Source of the DNA: Candidatus Heimdallarchaeota archaeon
GTDB taxonomy: Archaea > Asgardarchaeota > Heimdallarchaeia > Heimdallarchaeales > Heimdallarchaeaceae
Assembly: GCA_016840095.1 (NCBI GenBank)
Contig: JAEOSZ010000009.1
Span: 1-50,534 of the forward strand
DNA: 50,534 bases
Direction of reading: 5' to 3'
Numbering within the stretch: position 1 is the first letter of the stretch; every line of letters starts with the position of its first letter. The notes beneath the pieces are model-generated. The model ran no database searches and had not been told where the DNA came from. It saw only the letters and a list, made by a program, of their open reading frames with translations. A program made the position numbers and the translations under genes. Positions 27,606-37,085 of the stretch are shown here, one piece after another.

Positions 27606-29108
27606 TCAAGAATCAAAGTTCTTAGCTGATTCTTCTAAAGTTTGAGTTTCTAGTGTTGAAGTTTTACGTTTTCTCACTTTAACAAATATAGGATGATTCA
27701 CAGCGTTTCCAACTATAATTGCTTCTCCTACTCCTAGAGATGTTATTGAGTTCATAGTTGACCTATCAATTCCTTCCGAAGATCTTCCAATATAATCTAA
27801 ATCATATGGATTAAGAATTCTCATAATAACATGTGTGTTACATTGACTAAGAACCGTCGTAGATAATTTCACTGGACGTTGACTTACAAGAACTAAAGAA
27901 GTGAAGAATTTCCTGCCTTCTCTGGCTATTGTTTCTATTATTGATCTGGATATTGCTTGATCTAACCTAGCTTCTGGAACAAATTGATGAGCTTCCTCCA
28001 AGATTATAGTTGTAGGTGGTACTTCATTCTTCTTTCTCATATCGAATATTCTGAAAAGAATGTAGCTAACTAACATCTGTTTCAATTTTATACTTGTAAA
28101 ATCACTTAGGTCAAATATCGTTATTTTACCTGGTTTTAAAATGCTTTTTAGATCAGGATTTTCAGCTGACCCAAATAATCTAGTATTATTTAAAGTATAT
28201 AACCATCCAATCAAAGCTTCTCTACTTCTAGGATTAAGTTGTTCATCTTTTTCGAGAGCTTCTATAATGTCTCCAATAACATATGTCTCTCCTTGCTTAA
28301 CTTTATCTTTATAAAATTGAGACAATATTTTTGATAAATCTCTTGTTTGTACAGTAGTAATTTGTGGCTCATATATTGAAAATTGACGAGCTGACATAGA
28401 TGAAGTTGCGAATTGAATTAAACCACCTGGAAATACATTTACATATTTTTTATAAGGTGATTTGTCATCTCCCATACCTTTGTATTCACCATGAACATCA
28501 AAGAGAACAATAGCTACTCTACCTTGTTCTGCTTTTCGAGAAAGTAACTCTTCAAGAAGAACAGAAACCGTATAAGATTTCCCTGCACCAGAAATAGCAA
28601 GTATTGCAGCATGTTTTTGTAGGAACTTTGTAAGATTTAATTTAACTGTAAGATCATGTTGTTCAATCATTCCTAAGTTCAAACCATTATCTTTCTCCAA
28701 ACCCAAGAATTGTATTAATGTATCATTATCAGGAATTGACACATTTTCTCCAGGAGAAACTGGGAAAAGTAATCTTTGAATACCAATTTCTGTGATAATA
28801 CCAAGAGGTTTAGCCTTAGCAATTATATGTTCCCATCTATCTGCAGGAAAAATAGAAGCTAATGTTTTACCACTTGTTTCATAAGCTCTTACTGCAGAAG
28901 GTGAAGAGAAATATCTGTTAGTTTTGAAAAGTTCAATAACACTTGCAAGAACTTCTCCATCTTCAGTTGGGACGACTACATACATCCCTTTTTGTAATTG
29001 GAATTCTTCTTCTGTTTTTGTGAGAACAAAACTAAATTGCTCTGGATTTGGTGAATTATCTTCATCAACAATGACTGTACCTATATTCTTTTTTGACATT
29101 TTAACCAC
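27606..29108 (-). CDS. herA: HerA DNA translocase/helicase
   Basis: N-terminal HAS-barrel-like region, HAAILAISGAGKS, FDVHGEY, EEAHQF, REGRKF and SQRP. Adjacent to nurA. Confidence 0.92.
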   Translation of the reverse strand: MVKMSKKNIGTVIVDEDNSPNPEQFSFVLTKTEEEFQLQKGMYVVVPTEDGEVLASVIELFKTNRYFSSPSAVRAYETSGKTLASIFPADRWEHIIAKAKPLGIITEIGIQRLLFPVSPGENVSIPDNDTLIQFLGLEKDNGLNLGMIEQHDLTVKLNLTKFLQKHAAILAISGAGKSYTVSVLLEELLSRKAEQGRVAIVLFDVHGEYKGMGDDKSPYKKYVNVFPGGLIQFATSSMSARQFSIYEPQITTVQTRDLSKILSQFYKDKVKQGETYVIGDIIEALEKDEQLNPRSREALIGWLYTLNNTRLFGSAENPDLKSILKPGKITIFDLSDFTSIKLKQMLVSYILFRIFDMRKKNEVPPTTIILEEAHQFVPEARLDQAISRSIIETIAREGRKFFTSLVLVSQRPVKLSTTVLSQCNTHVIMRILNPYDLDYIGRSSEGIDRSTMNSITSLGVGEAIIVGNAVNHPIFVKVRKRKTSTLETQTLEESAKNFDS

Positions 29109-30254
29109 TCACTTAAATGGAAGCCTATTCCTCCTCTTTTGAAGAGAAAAGCTTGTGTAACCTATTTTTGACGCAATTTCATCTACAAGGATATCTGCAT
29201 CGGTTTCATTCAATTTTGCTCTAGCGTCAGCTTCAATGATGACACTTGGTAATCCATATTCAGGATTGTATTTGGAAACAGCATTCACAAGAGATGAAAT
29301 AGTTTGTGCATGTTCATGTACTGTTGAAAAAAGCAGAGGAAATTCTACTCGTAAAGGTGTATCAAATTCTGCAGTTTTCATATAGAAACAATGAATATTA
29401 AAATCGGGGAGATCCTTATCTAACTCATCATTAAAATTTGTTAAAAGAAATTCAAACGTTCTTTCGTTTGTATCTAAAACCTGATAGAGCAGATCTGTAT
29501 CTCTTAATTGTTTTACAATGGGTCTATAATCAATTTCTACTAATTTATCAAATTCTGGCAATTTGCTCAAATGAGGTAATAAAGCTGATAGTTTACTCGT
29601 TAATATAGCAGAACGAGAGTCTTTAACCACACCGCATAAAGCTGTTCTGTTATTCTGACAAAGAGTGTAAAGTCTTCTATATTGAGCTTTTAATTTTCTA
29701 TATTGACTGACAAGAAAATCACTTTGACTTATTTGACGATAATCAATGTTAGGAATTACTGAACCATCTAGAATAATAATATCTGGTAAATCTTCTTCAA
29801 GGAGTGTTATACCACATTTTATCTCCTTCTGCATTCTCCAAATAGATATTAAGCTTTCAATTTCATTTTGTGTTAAAGGTTCAATACTTGTCAGAATATC
29901 AGGAAATGGTTGTTCCTCAGGAATGTATCGAACTATAGGTTTTGTATCTTTTATATGATAAAATAGAACTCCAACCGCTCTAATCAAAGCAATATCAAAA
30001 TAATTGAGAGATCGATGAATCACACCACCATCAATTCCAGCAATCTTTAATCCATCAATATTGGTTTTAGGAACCTTTAGAGAGAAAAGGTTGTCAGATG
30101 TTTGAATATCAAAAGCTTCAGGAAACTCAGCTGGATTAAGTGTATGCTTTACTTGTCTGAACAAATCTTGGAATAATTTTCTGTGTTCATTGTATGTTCT
30201 GATGCGTTTGGAAATCTCATCAATGGCTTTGTCTACCTTGTGTTGTACTGCCAT
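29109..30254 (-). CDS. nurA: NurA 5'-3' nuclease
   Basis: IAGIDGG, IILDGS, GVVKDS, RVEF and YGLPSVIIEAD motifs. Abuts herA. Confidence 0.9.
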   Translation of the reverse strand: MAVQHKVDKAIDEISKRIRTYNEHRKLFQDLFRQVKHTLNPAEFPEAFDIQTSDNLFSLKVPKTNIDGLKIAGIDGGVIHRSLNYFDIALIRAVGVLFYHIKDTKPIVRYIPEEQPFPDILTSIEPLTQNEIESLISIWRMQKEIKCGITLLEEDLPDIIILDGSVIPNIDYRQISQSDFLVSQYRKLKAQYRRLYTLCQNNRTALCGVVKDSRSAILTSKLSALLPHLSKLPEFDKLVEIDYRPIVKQLRDTDLLYQVLDTNERTFEFLLTNFNDELDKDLPDFNIHCFYMKTAEFDTPLRVEFPLLFSTVHEHAQTISSLVNAVSKYNPEYGLPSVIIEADARAKLNETDADILVDEIASKIGYTSFSLQKRRNRLPFK

Positions 30255-30327
30255 CTATATACCCACTATACTATAATCTATGTTTTCATTTATAAAGGGC
30301 GTATAAAAAGAGGTTTCTAAGTCTAAT

Positions 30328-31938
30328 TTATTTCCTTTTGCTAGCAGATCTTATGAATTCGAAGAATGGTGGTGAAGGTTTTATGGGTCGAGATTGAAAT
30401 TCAGGATGATATTGAACCCCTATAAAACAAGGATGATCTAGTAATTCAAGAGTTTCCATACGGATACCATCTTCAGATTTTCCTGAAAAGATAAGACCAT
30501 TGCTTTTTAAAATTTCAATATATTCAGGATTAACTTCATACCTGTGTCGATGTCTTTCAGAAATGATAGTTTCACCGTAAATTTTCTCAAATTTTGAATC
30601 TTGCTCTAGCAGTATTTTGTGTTGTCCTAACCTCATAGTTCCACCCATATCAGTGATTAGTTTTTGTTCAGGAAGTATATCAATTACTGGATGGGGTGTC
30701 TTAGGATCTATTTCAGTAGAATTAGCATCAGTTAGATTACAAACATTTCTAGCAAATTCGATTGTAGCTAATTGAAAACCATAACAGATTCCTAGAAAAG
30801 GAACATTGTTCTCCCGTAAGTATTTAATTACGGATATCTTACCTTCTGCTCCTCTGGTACCAAAACCTCCAGGAACAATTACACCATCATATTTGTTTAG
30901 TTCAGATATTTTTTCTGGATTTTCTTCATATTCTTCTGTAGCTATGAAACTGATGTCAATTTTGACTTTATTGTGAGCAGCTGCATGACTCAAAGCTTCT
31001 TTAACACTGATATATGAATCAGATAACTCGGTATATTTTCCTGTTAAAGCGATATTTACTGTCTTTTCAGCTTTAGTATGTATCTCTACTAAACTTTCGT
31101 CTTCAGACCAATCAGCACCAACATCTTCATGTCTCAGCATAAGATTTAGTGTTGAACCAAAACCTTGTTTATCTAGATAGACTGGAGCTTCTAGAACTGA
31201 ACCAAGATCAGGAAGTGAAAATACAGCATTTGCAGGAACATCACAAAACATAACAATCTTTTGCTTAGCACTTTCAGTTAAATCTTGAGGTCCTCTTGTA
31301 ACTATTATATCTGGACTTAATCCCAATGATTGAAGTTCACGAACTGCATGTTGAGTTGGTTTAGTCTTTTGTTCATTCAGGTTTGGAGGTTTCATAATAT
31401 ATGTAACTAAAACTATGAGAGAATCAGCTTTGGGCATTTCACGTCTTAGTTGTCTAATTGCTTCAAGAAATGGTTGGCTTTCAATATCTCCGATAGTTCC
31501 CCCAACTTCTATGATTAATGAATCTAATTTTTCATCTCTTTCAGCTATAATTTTTATTCGCTTCTTAATTTCATCAGTAATATGTGGGATAACTTGAACA
31601 GTTTTTCCTAGATAATCCCCTCTTCTCTCTCTCTCAATAACACTGTGATAAACTTGACCTGTTGTGATATTTTGATCTCCGCACATCTCCAAATTGAGTA
31701 TTCTTTCATATGTTCCCATATCTAAATCTAATTCAAAACCATCAGCTGTAACAAATGTTTCACCATGCTCATAAGGGTTCATAGTTCCAGCATCAATATT
31801 CAAATATGGATCAATTTTAATTACATTAATTTTCTTTCCTCTAACTTGGAGATTTCTACCTATTGCTGAAGTTACTACTCCCTTACCTAAACCAGAAATT
31901 AAAGCTCCACAAACAAAAATATATTTCGGCACATTCAT
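30328..31938 (-). CDS. pyrG: CTP synthase
   Basis: SGLGKG, KIDPYLNIDAGTMNPYEHGE, KTKPTQH, GICYG, RHRHRYE and QYHPEF motifs. Confidence 0.98.
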   Translation of the reverse strand: MNVPKYIFVCGALISGLGKGVVTSAIGRNLQVRGKKINVIKIDPYLNIDAGTMNPYEHGETFVTADGFELDLDMGTYERILNLEMCGDQNITTGQVYHSVIERERRGDYLGKTVQVIPHITDEIKKRIKIIAERDEKLDSLIIEVGGTIGDIESQPFLEAIRQLRREMPKADSLIVLVTYIMKPPNLNEQKTKPTQHAVRELQSLGLSPDIIVTRGPQDLTESAKQKIVMFCDVPANAVFSLPDLGSVLEAPVYLDKQGFGSTLNLMLRHEDVGADWSEDESLVEIHTKAEKTVNIALTGKYTELSDSYISVKEALSHAAAHNKVKIDISFIATEEYEENPEKISELNKYDGVIVPGGFGTRGAEGKISVIKYLRENNVPFLGICYGFQLATIEFARNVCNLTDANSTEIDPKTPHPVIDILPEQKLITDMGGTMRLGQHKILLEQDSKFEKIYGETIISERHRHRYEVNPEYIEILKSNGLIFSGKSEDGIRMETLELLDHPCFIGVQYHPEFQSRPIKPSPPFFEFIRSASKRK

Positions 31939-31981
31939 TAAATCGTGATAATTATTATAAGTTTTATCTCATGTAAGAGTT

Positions 31982-32542
31982 TTATTCTTCTGAAGATACT
32001 CTCACCATATCTTTCCATTTTTCGATGATTTCTGAAATTGAGTTGTAAAGCCATTTCTCTTCAGGGGTCATGTTTCTAATTTGAGTTGTGATATTCTTTC
32101 CCTTAGTTGCGATATGATAGATTTTTGATAGTCTCATTGTCATTAATTCACGCATTTTAATCTCTAAAGACTCTTTTTGTCGATATGGTATAACCTTGCC
32201 TTTTTTCTCAAATTCTTCAAATGTCCGTTTCATTAGAACATAAAAGAATTTATTGATTTTTTGTAAGTTTGTTTCCCCTTCCTTTAGTGCTATTCTGTAG
32301 AGTTCTGGAAAATCTAGTTTTTCGATCTCTTCTAACTCAACTAGACCTTCTTCTTCAAGTAGAATTGCTAACCAGAAAGGTATTTTTGTCTTCAAATTCT
32401 TTGTAAGTTTTATCTTTCTATCCCCTACGTCGAATTCTTCAATAGTTTTCAAACACTTAACAGGAATATCCATATCTTCAAAATCATATTGAATTCTTTC
32501 TAATTCTGTTATACTTCGGTTCTCAGAAATCAATGCTATCAC
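31982..32542 (-). CDS. GINS subunit, Gins23/Psf2-type (B-A domain order)
   Basis: N-terminal beta domain with IPFWLAILL..EG, LQKINKFFY, RLSKI and NMTPEEKWLY motifs. Located near mcm. Confidence 0.8.
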   Translation of the reverse strand: MIALISENRSITELERIQYDFEDMDIPVKCLKTIEEFDVGDRKIKLTKNLKTKIPFWLAILLEEEGLVELEEIEKLDFPELYRIALKEGETNLQKINKFFYVLMKRTFEEFEKKGKVIPYRQKESLEIKMRELMTMRLSKIYHIATKGKNITTQIRNMTPEEKWLYNSISEIIEKWKDMVRVSSEE

Positions 32543-32579
32543 TAGTAATCTTTATTCTATCTTTTTAAATTATTGTACT

Positions 32580-34829
32580 TTAGGAGAAAAAATCATCTAA
32601 TAATTTTTGTGGAGGTGCTGAGTCAAACCCTTCTTCAATTTTTTCTTCATGTTTTGAATCTTCTGCAAGAGATGTATCTGAAAAACTATCTCCTAGAAGA
32701 TGAGTAAATATATTCTTGACAAGTTCTTTGCCAAACCCAGATATCTTCATTATATCATTTGGATTGACTTCCTTTAAAATTTCTTGTGTCTTAAAACCTT
32801 TATCGTAAAGAGCTCTAGCTCTAACTCGTCCTATTCCCGGAATCTGGACTAAATCAAGTAATTCTTGTTTTATTCCGTTAACCACCCTATTATGAACAGC
32901 AGCAATCTGAGTAGCCATATCTTTATATCCCAATAATTGAGATAATTCAGAAGATGCATACAATAACCATTCAGCATTGGACACAACCATGTAAACGTCT
33001 CCACTGCCTATTTTATATCTATCAAGTATGATATCTTCTGGAAGTTCTTTTATCCAATCCTGCAAAACTAATGAAGTCTTTAATTGACTCATAAACAGCT
33101 CCAAATCAAAAGATGTTTCAGGTAAGTTGGTTAAAAATTCCTCCTCATGTTCACTGATGAAATTAATAAGATTGATTTGTTCATCTTTTTTAATTGTTAG
33201 AAATCTGACATCAGGTGTAGAACAAACTAATTGGAGAAAACTTAAATCTGTTAGATAATGTTTAGATTTTACATTTCCTCTGATTAATCCTTCTCGTATT
33301 ACTATTGCACTTAATGGATCTATGTAGAGTTGACTTACTCTTTTTCCAAAGCTTGTTGGGATAAGATAATCTGGATCATTTATAATCAAAGCTTCTTCTT
33401 GTAGAAACTTTACAACTTTTTTGAGGATAGAACTTAAGTTAGAAGAATCTTGTTGAAATCCATAGAATGTTTGACCAAAGAACTCTTGAAGTTCTTCCAT
33501 AGTTTGCGTATTCTCAGTAGAAATTTGTCCTAAAACAATTTTACGAAGTGCAGGTTCTGCAGCTATTCTAGATTCTATATCTTCTGCTTCCCCTGTGATA
33601 TAGGTCTGATAGAGACTAGTAGCATCAAATTCGTTCTTGGCAATAACTATTGCATCGCCTTCCTTATCATACTGAGGTCGTCCTGCTCTACCTGATTGTT
33701 GTTTAAATTCAAGCACAGGTATTGGATAACTTCCCAAAGTAACATCATATCTGTAGATGCTCTTAATTATGACATATCTAGCAGGGAGATTCACTCCAGC
33801 TGCCAAAGTTGGAGTTGCACTTATGAACTTGATATTTCCTTGTTTGAAGTTGTGTTCAATTATTCTCCTTTGAGCTGTATTCAACCCAGCATGATGATAG
33901 GAAACTCCACTTTTTACTAGTTGAGCTAAACCTCTGGATTGTTTTGTTTGTTCTCCGGTGTTAAGTATTTCAGCTGATGCGGCATTAAGTTTCTCTCTAT
34001 TTTCATTAGAGAGTGTTCTTGCAACTCTTGAAGAAAGATTTCTTGCTGTAGATTCAGCCATATTTCTTGTAGTAACAAAGACCAAGGCCTGGTTCTTCTT
34101 ACTCAATATGAAATCTGCAAGGTTATTGAAACTATCTTTGATTTTTGAAGGGATTGTAACTTCACTCCCATCACCATAAACTATGGTTTTGTCATAAAGA
34201 ACTCCTTCATTTAACTTAACTGGTCTCCAATTACTTGATACAAGTTCAGCTTCTAACCATCTAGCTATTTGATCTGCATTTCTAATGGTTGCGCTTAAAG
34301 CTAAAATTTGGGCATTACAAACTTGCCTTAGTTGAGCAATAACTACTTCTAATGTTGGTCCTCTTGAGGAGTCATTGATGAGATGTACTTCATCTGAAAC
34401 AATCAATCCAATTTTGTTTAACCAACGAGCTTGATGTCTAATAGCTGAATCAATTTTTTCATTAGTTGCAATAATTACATCAGCATATTGAGCCCTTGTA
34501 TCCTCTTCGTCATAGTCTCCTGTTAGAAGAATTGTCCTTCGGTTAAGAGGATCTAAATATGATTTGAATTCCATGTATTTTTCAAAAGCTAATGCTCGTA
34601 AAGGAGAGAGATAAAGTGTTTTCAATCCTGTTTCAGTAAGTTTCTTGATACAAGCAAACAATGCAAGTAGAGTTTTTCCTGAAGCTGTTGGGATAGCTAC
34701 AACAAGATTGGTGTCATCAAAAAGTCCTTTCTTAATTGCTTCTTCTTGAGGTGGATATAAAGAGTATATTCCATCTTCTTTTAATTTCTCTTTAACAAGA
34801 TCTGGTAATGGAAGATCCTCAATTTTCAT
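32580..34829 (-). CDS. hel308: Hel308/Hjm Ski2-like SF2 helicase
   Basis: LYPPQ, PTASGKT, DEVH, LSAT, HHAGL, TPTLAAGVNLPA, GRAGRP and HhH IPGIGRVRAR. Ends in a PIP box (QKLLDDFF). Confidence 0.95.
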   Translation of the reverse strand: MKIEDLPLPDLVKEKLKEDGIYSLYPPQEEAIKKGLFDDTNLVVAIPTASGKTLLALFACIKKLTETGLKTLYLSPLRALAFEKYMEFKSYLDPLNRRTILLTGDYDEEDTRAQYADVIIATNEKIDSAIRHQARWLNKIGLIVSDEVHLINDSSRGPTLEVVIAQLRQVCNAQILALSATIRNADQIARWLEAELVSSNWRPVKLNEGVLYDKTIVYGDGSEVTIPSKIKDSFNNLADFILSKKNQALVFVTTRNMAESTARNLSSRVARTLSNENREKLNAASAEILNTGEQTKQSRGLAQLVKSGVSYHHAGLNTAQRRIIEHNFKQGNIKFISATPTLAAGVNLPARYVIIKSIYRYDVTLGSYPIPVLEFKQQSGRAGRPQYDKEGDAIVIAKNEFDATSLYQTYITGEAEDIESRIAAEPALRKIVLGQISTENTQTMEELQEFFGQTFYGFQQDSSNLSSILKKVVKFLQEEALIINDPDYLIPTSFGKRVSQLYIDPLSAIVIREGLIRGNVKSKHYLTDLSFLQLVCSTPDVRFLTIKKDEQINLINFISEHEEEFLTNLPETSFDLELFMSQLKTSLVLQDWIKELPEDIILDRYKIGSGDVYMVVSNAEWLLYASSELSQLLGYKDMATQIAAVHNRVVNGIKQELLDLVQIPGIGRVRARALYDKGFKTQEILKEVNPNDIMKISGFGKELVKNIFTHLLGDSFSDTSLAEDSKHEEKIEEGFDSAPPQKLLDDFFS

Positions 34830-34846
34830 TCTTCAACCACGTACTA

Positions 34847-36916
34847 TTATGCCAATTTCACGAAGCCATCACTTGGAGAATATATCTCCCCATTACTGCG
34901 AAGTTGAGTTATTACACGATCTACAAACTCTTCATCAATATTTTGTTCTTTTGCTAACTCTTTGATTCGTCTTATTGAGACTACATCAGAGCTTCCAACT
35001 CTGGATTCTTCTTTCATAATATCAATGATTATTTGCATTTTAGAACGAGAAGTTTTGGTTGTTCCAGATAATAAGAAATCAATATCAACACGACCAGTTA
35101 CAGGATCTCTACCAACTTGCTCTAATGAAGCTCTTAGCAAATTAATAGCTGCTTCTACATGGTCAATAGTAACATCTTCTTTGAGAGCCATTCTAGCTTG
35201 TGATTCTGAGAGACGAATTATAGCCTCCAAGTATCTGGGTGTAATAGCAATTGCAGAAGATTCATCTGATTCTTTTCTGAGATTTAGATAAAATTGTTCT
35301 ATTCTCTCCATAGCTTCGTCTGTAAGTGCAGGTTGAACATGTTGTTTGGCAAAACTTATGTATTTTCTTAATAAATCCATTTCAATAGTTGGTTCAGTAT
35401 CCTCTATAACATGACCCCTTCTTAACTCTAATATGTGTCTTGCCATTCGTCTGTCAGTGTCTGGATCTGGTTCATCTTTAATAACATAAATCAGATCAAA
35501 TCGAGATAAAATTGTAGCAGGAAGATTTATGTTTTCAACTGGTGGTCTTGATTCTTCATACCTTCCAAATCTAGGATTAGCAGCTGCTATTATAGCAGTT
35601 CTAGCATTTAATTGAGCAACTATACCAGCTTTTGCTATACTTACCGTTTGTTGTTCCATCGATTCATGAATTGAAGATCTATCTGTTGGGTTCATCTTAT
35701 CGAATTCGTCAATCATGCAAACACCTCTATCTGCTAACACTAGAGCTCCTGCTTCTAAACCAAAGTCCCCAGTTTCAGAATCTCTTATAACAGCTGCTGT
35801 AAGTCCTGCAGCAGAACTAGCCTTTCCTGAGGTAAGTAATCCCCTTGGTGCAAGTCGATGAACATATTGAAGTAATTGTGATTTTGCAACACCAGGATCT
35901 CCAATCATAAGTAGATTAGATTCTCCTCTTTGTTTCATTCCATCGGGTGCAACTCTTGAAACACCACCAAAAAGCACTGTTGCTAATGCTTCTTTGATTG
36001 TTTCCATTCCATAGATAGAAGGAGCAATAGATCTGACTATTCTTCTATGAATATTAATGTCAGTAGATAGAGCTAAAATTTGTTGTTCTGTATCTGGATC
36101 AATATCGATCTCTTCAAATTCCTTCTCTCTTGAAGAAACAAAATTAACGTCTAGCCATGGGTCAAATGTTGCCATTCTTCCTTTTTGCATTCCTTTTATT
36201 TTCATTCTTAGAATTCCGGCAACAACAGCCCTATCTCCAGCTCTAACAGTATCAACTAAATCTCCTACTAGTCTTGCGGGTACAGATCTGGGGATCTGAC
36301 CAGGAGGTAGATTTTCTGGTCTCTCTTGAACTGTAATTGATTGATGATCTGTGTATGTAGATTGTTCTGTGATAAGATTAAATGGTCCATTCTTCCCGCA
36401 ATTTGGGTTTACACATTTAGCGGGTTCTGTATAATACCCTCCTTCTTGGCGAACATAATGAACTTGGGAGCATCGAACACATTGGAAAACACCCTCGATT
36501 AGTAATGGTTTGACAACAGTCTGTCTAATAACAATCCCTTCAACAGCAATCAAGTTACCTAAATGTACAGATCTTAGTCTTCTGAGATCTACTAAATCAG
36601 GTAAATTTGAAAATCTTACATGAAAAAGTCCTTTTGTTTCTTCACTAGCAGCATAAATGGGATCCTCAATTTTTAGAACCTCAACCAAAGCATCGTCAGC
36701 AATTTTTATCGTCTCTTCAGGTTCTTCACCTAATAATCTAGCTAATTCCGGATCAAAACGCAATAAATCGTCATAATTAACATAGAGTGATAAAAGACCC
36801 TCTAAGGACATTTTCTGTACTTGTTCAACATATGTATGTCTTCCATTTTCATCTTGATATGCTTGAAAGAACTCCTTGAATCTTTCATTTGTACTAGATG
36901 GCATATCTACAACCAT
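34847..36916 (-). CDS. mcm: MCM replicative helicase (intein-free)
   Basis: C4 zinc finger, GDPGVAKSQ, AGLTAAV, IDEFDKM, SRFD and C-terminal wHTH. Confidence 0.98.
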   Translation of the reverse strand: MVVDMPSSTNERFKEFFQAYQDENGRHTYVEQVQKMSLEGLLSLYVNYDDLLRFDPELARLLGEEPEETIKIADDALVEVLKIEDPIYAASEETKGLFHVRFSNLPDLVDLRRLRSVHLGNLIAVEGIVIRQTVVKPLLIEGVFQCVRCSQVHYVRQEGGYYTEPAKCVNPNCGKNGPFNLITEQSTYTDHQSITVQERPENLPPGQIPRSVPARLVGDLVDTVRAGDRAVVAGILRMKIKGMQKGRMATFDPWLDVNFVSSREKEFEEIDIDPDTEQQILALSTDINIHRRIVRSIAPSIYGMETIKEALATVLFGGVSRVAPDGMKQRGESNLLMIGDPGVAKSQLLQYVHRLAPRGLLTSGKASSAAGLTAAVIRDSETGDFGLEAGALVLADRGVCMIDEFDKMNPTDRSSIHESMEQQTVSIAKAGIVAQLNARTAIIAAANPRFGRYEESRPPVENINLPATILSRFDLIYVIKDEPDPDTDRRMARHILELRRGHVIEDTEPTIEMDLLRKYISFAKQHVQPALTDEAMERIEQFYLNLRKESDESSAIAITPRYLEAIIRLSESQARMALKEDVTIDHVEAAINLLRASLEQVGRDPVTGRVDIDFLLSGTTKTSRSKMQIIIDIMKEESRVGSSDVVSIRRIKELAKEQNIDEEFVDRVITQLRSNGEIYSPSDGFVKLA

Positions 36917-37085
36917 ATTGACTCTACCCTATCGCTATAAACTTCATTTTATAATCAAAGTAATAAGTCTTACTTAGTCTTAGTCTTAGATTTATATTCA
37001 ATAGATATTATAATTTATTAGTATAAAAACTTACAATAACAATAAGTAAGTGTAAACTTAACATAACTATCAATAAGTGAAGTAA

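Noticed and set aside
27606-30254. HerA pair as an anti-phage system (Sir2-HerA type)
   Set aside because: The partner is a canonical NurA in a housekeeping context, with no defence-island features.
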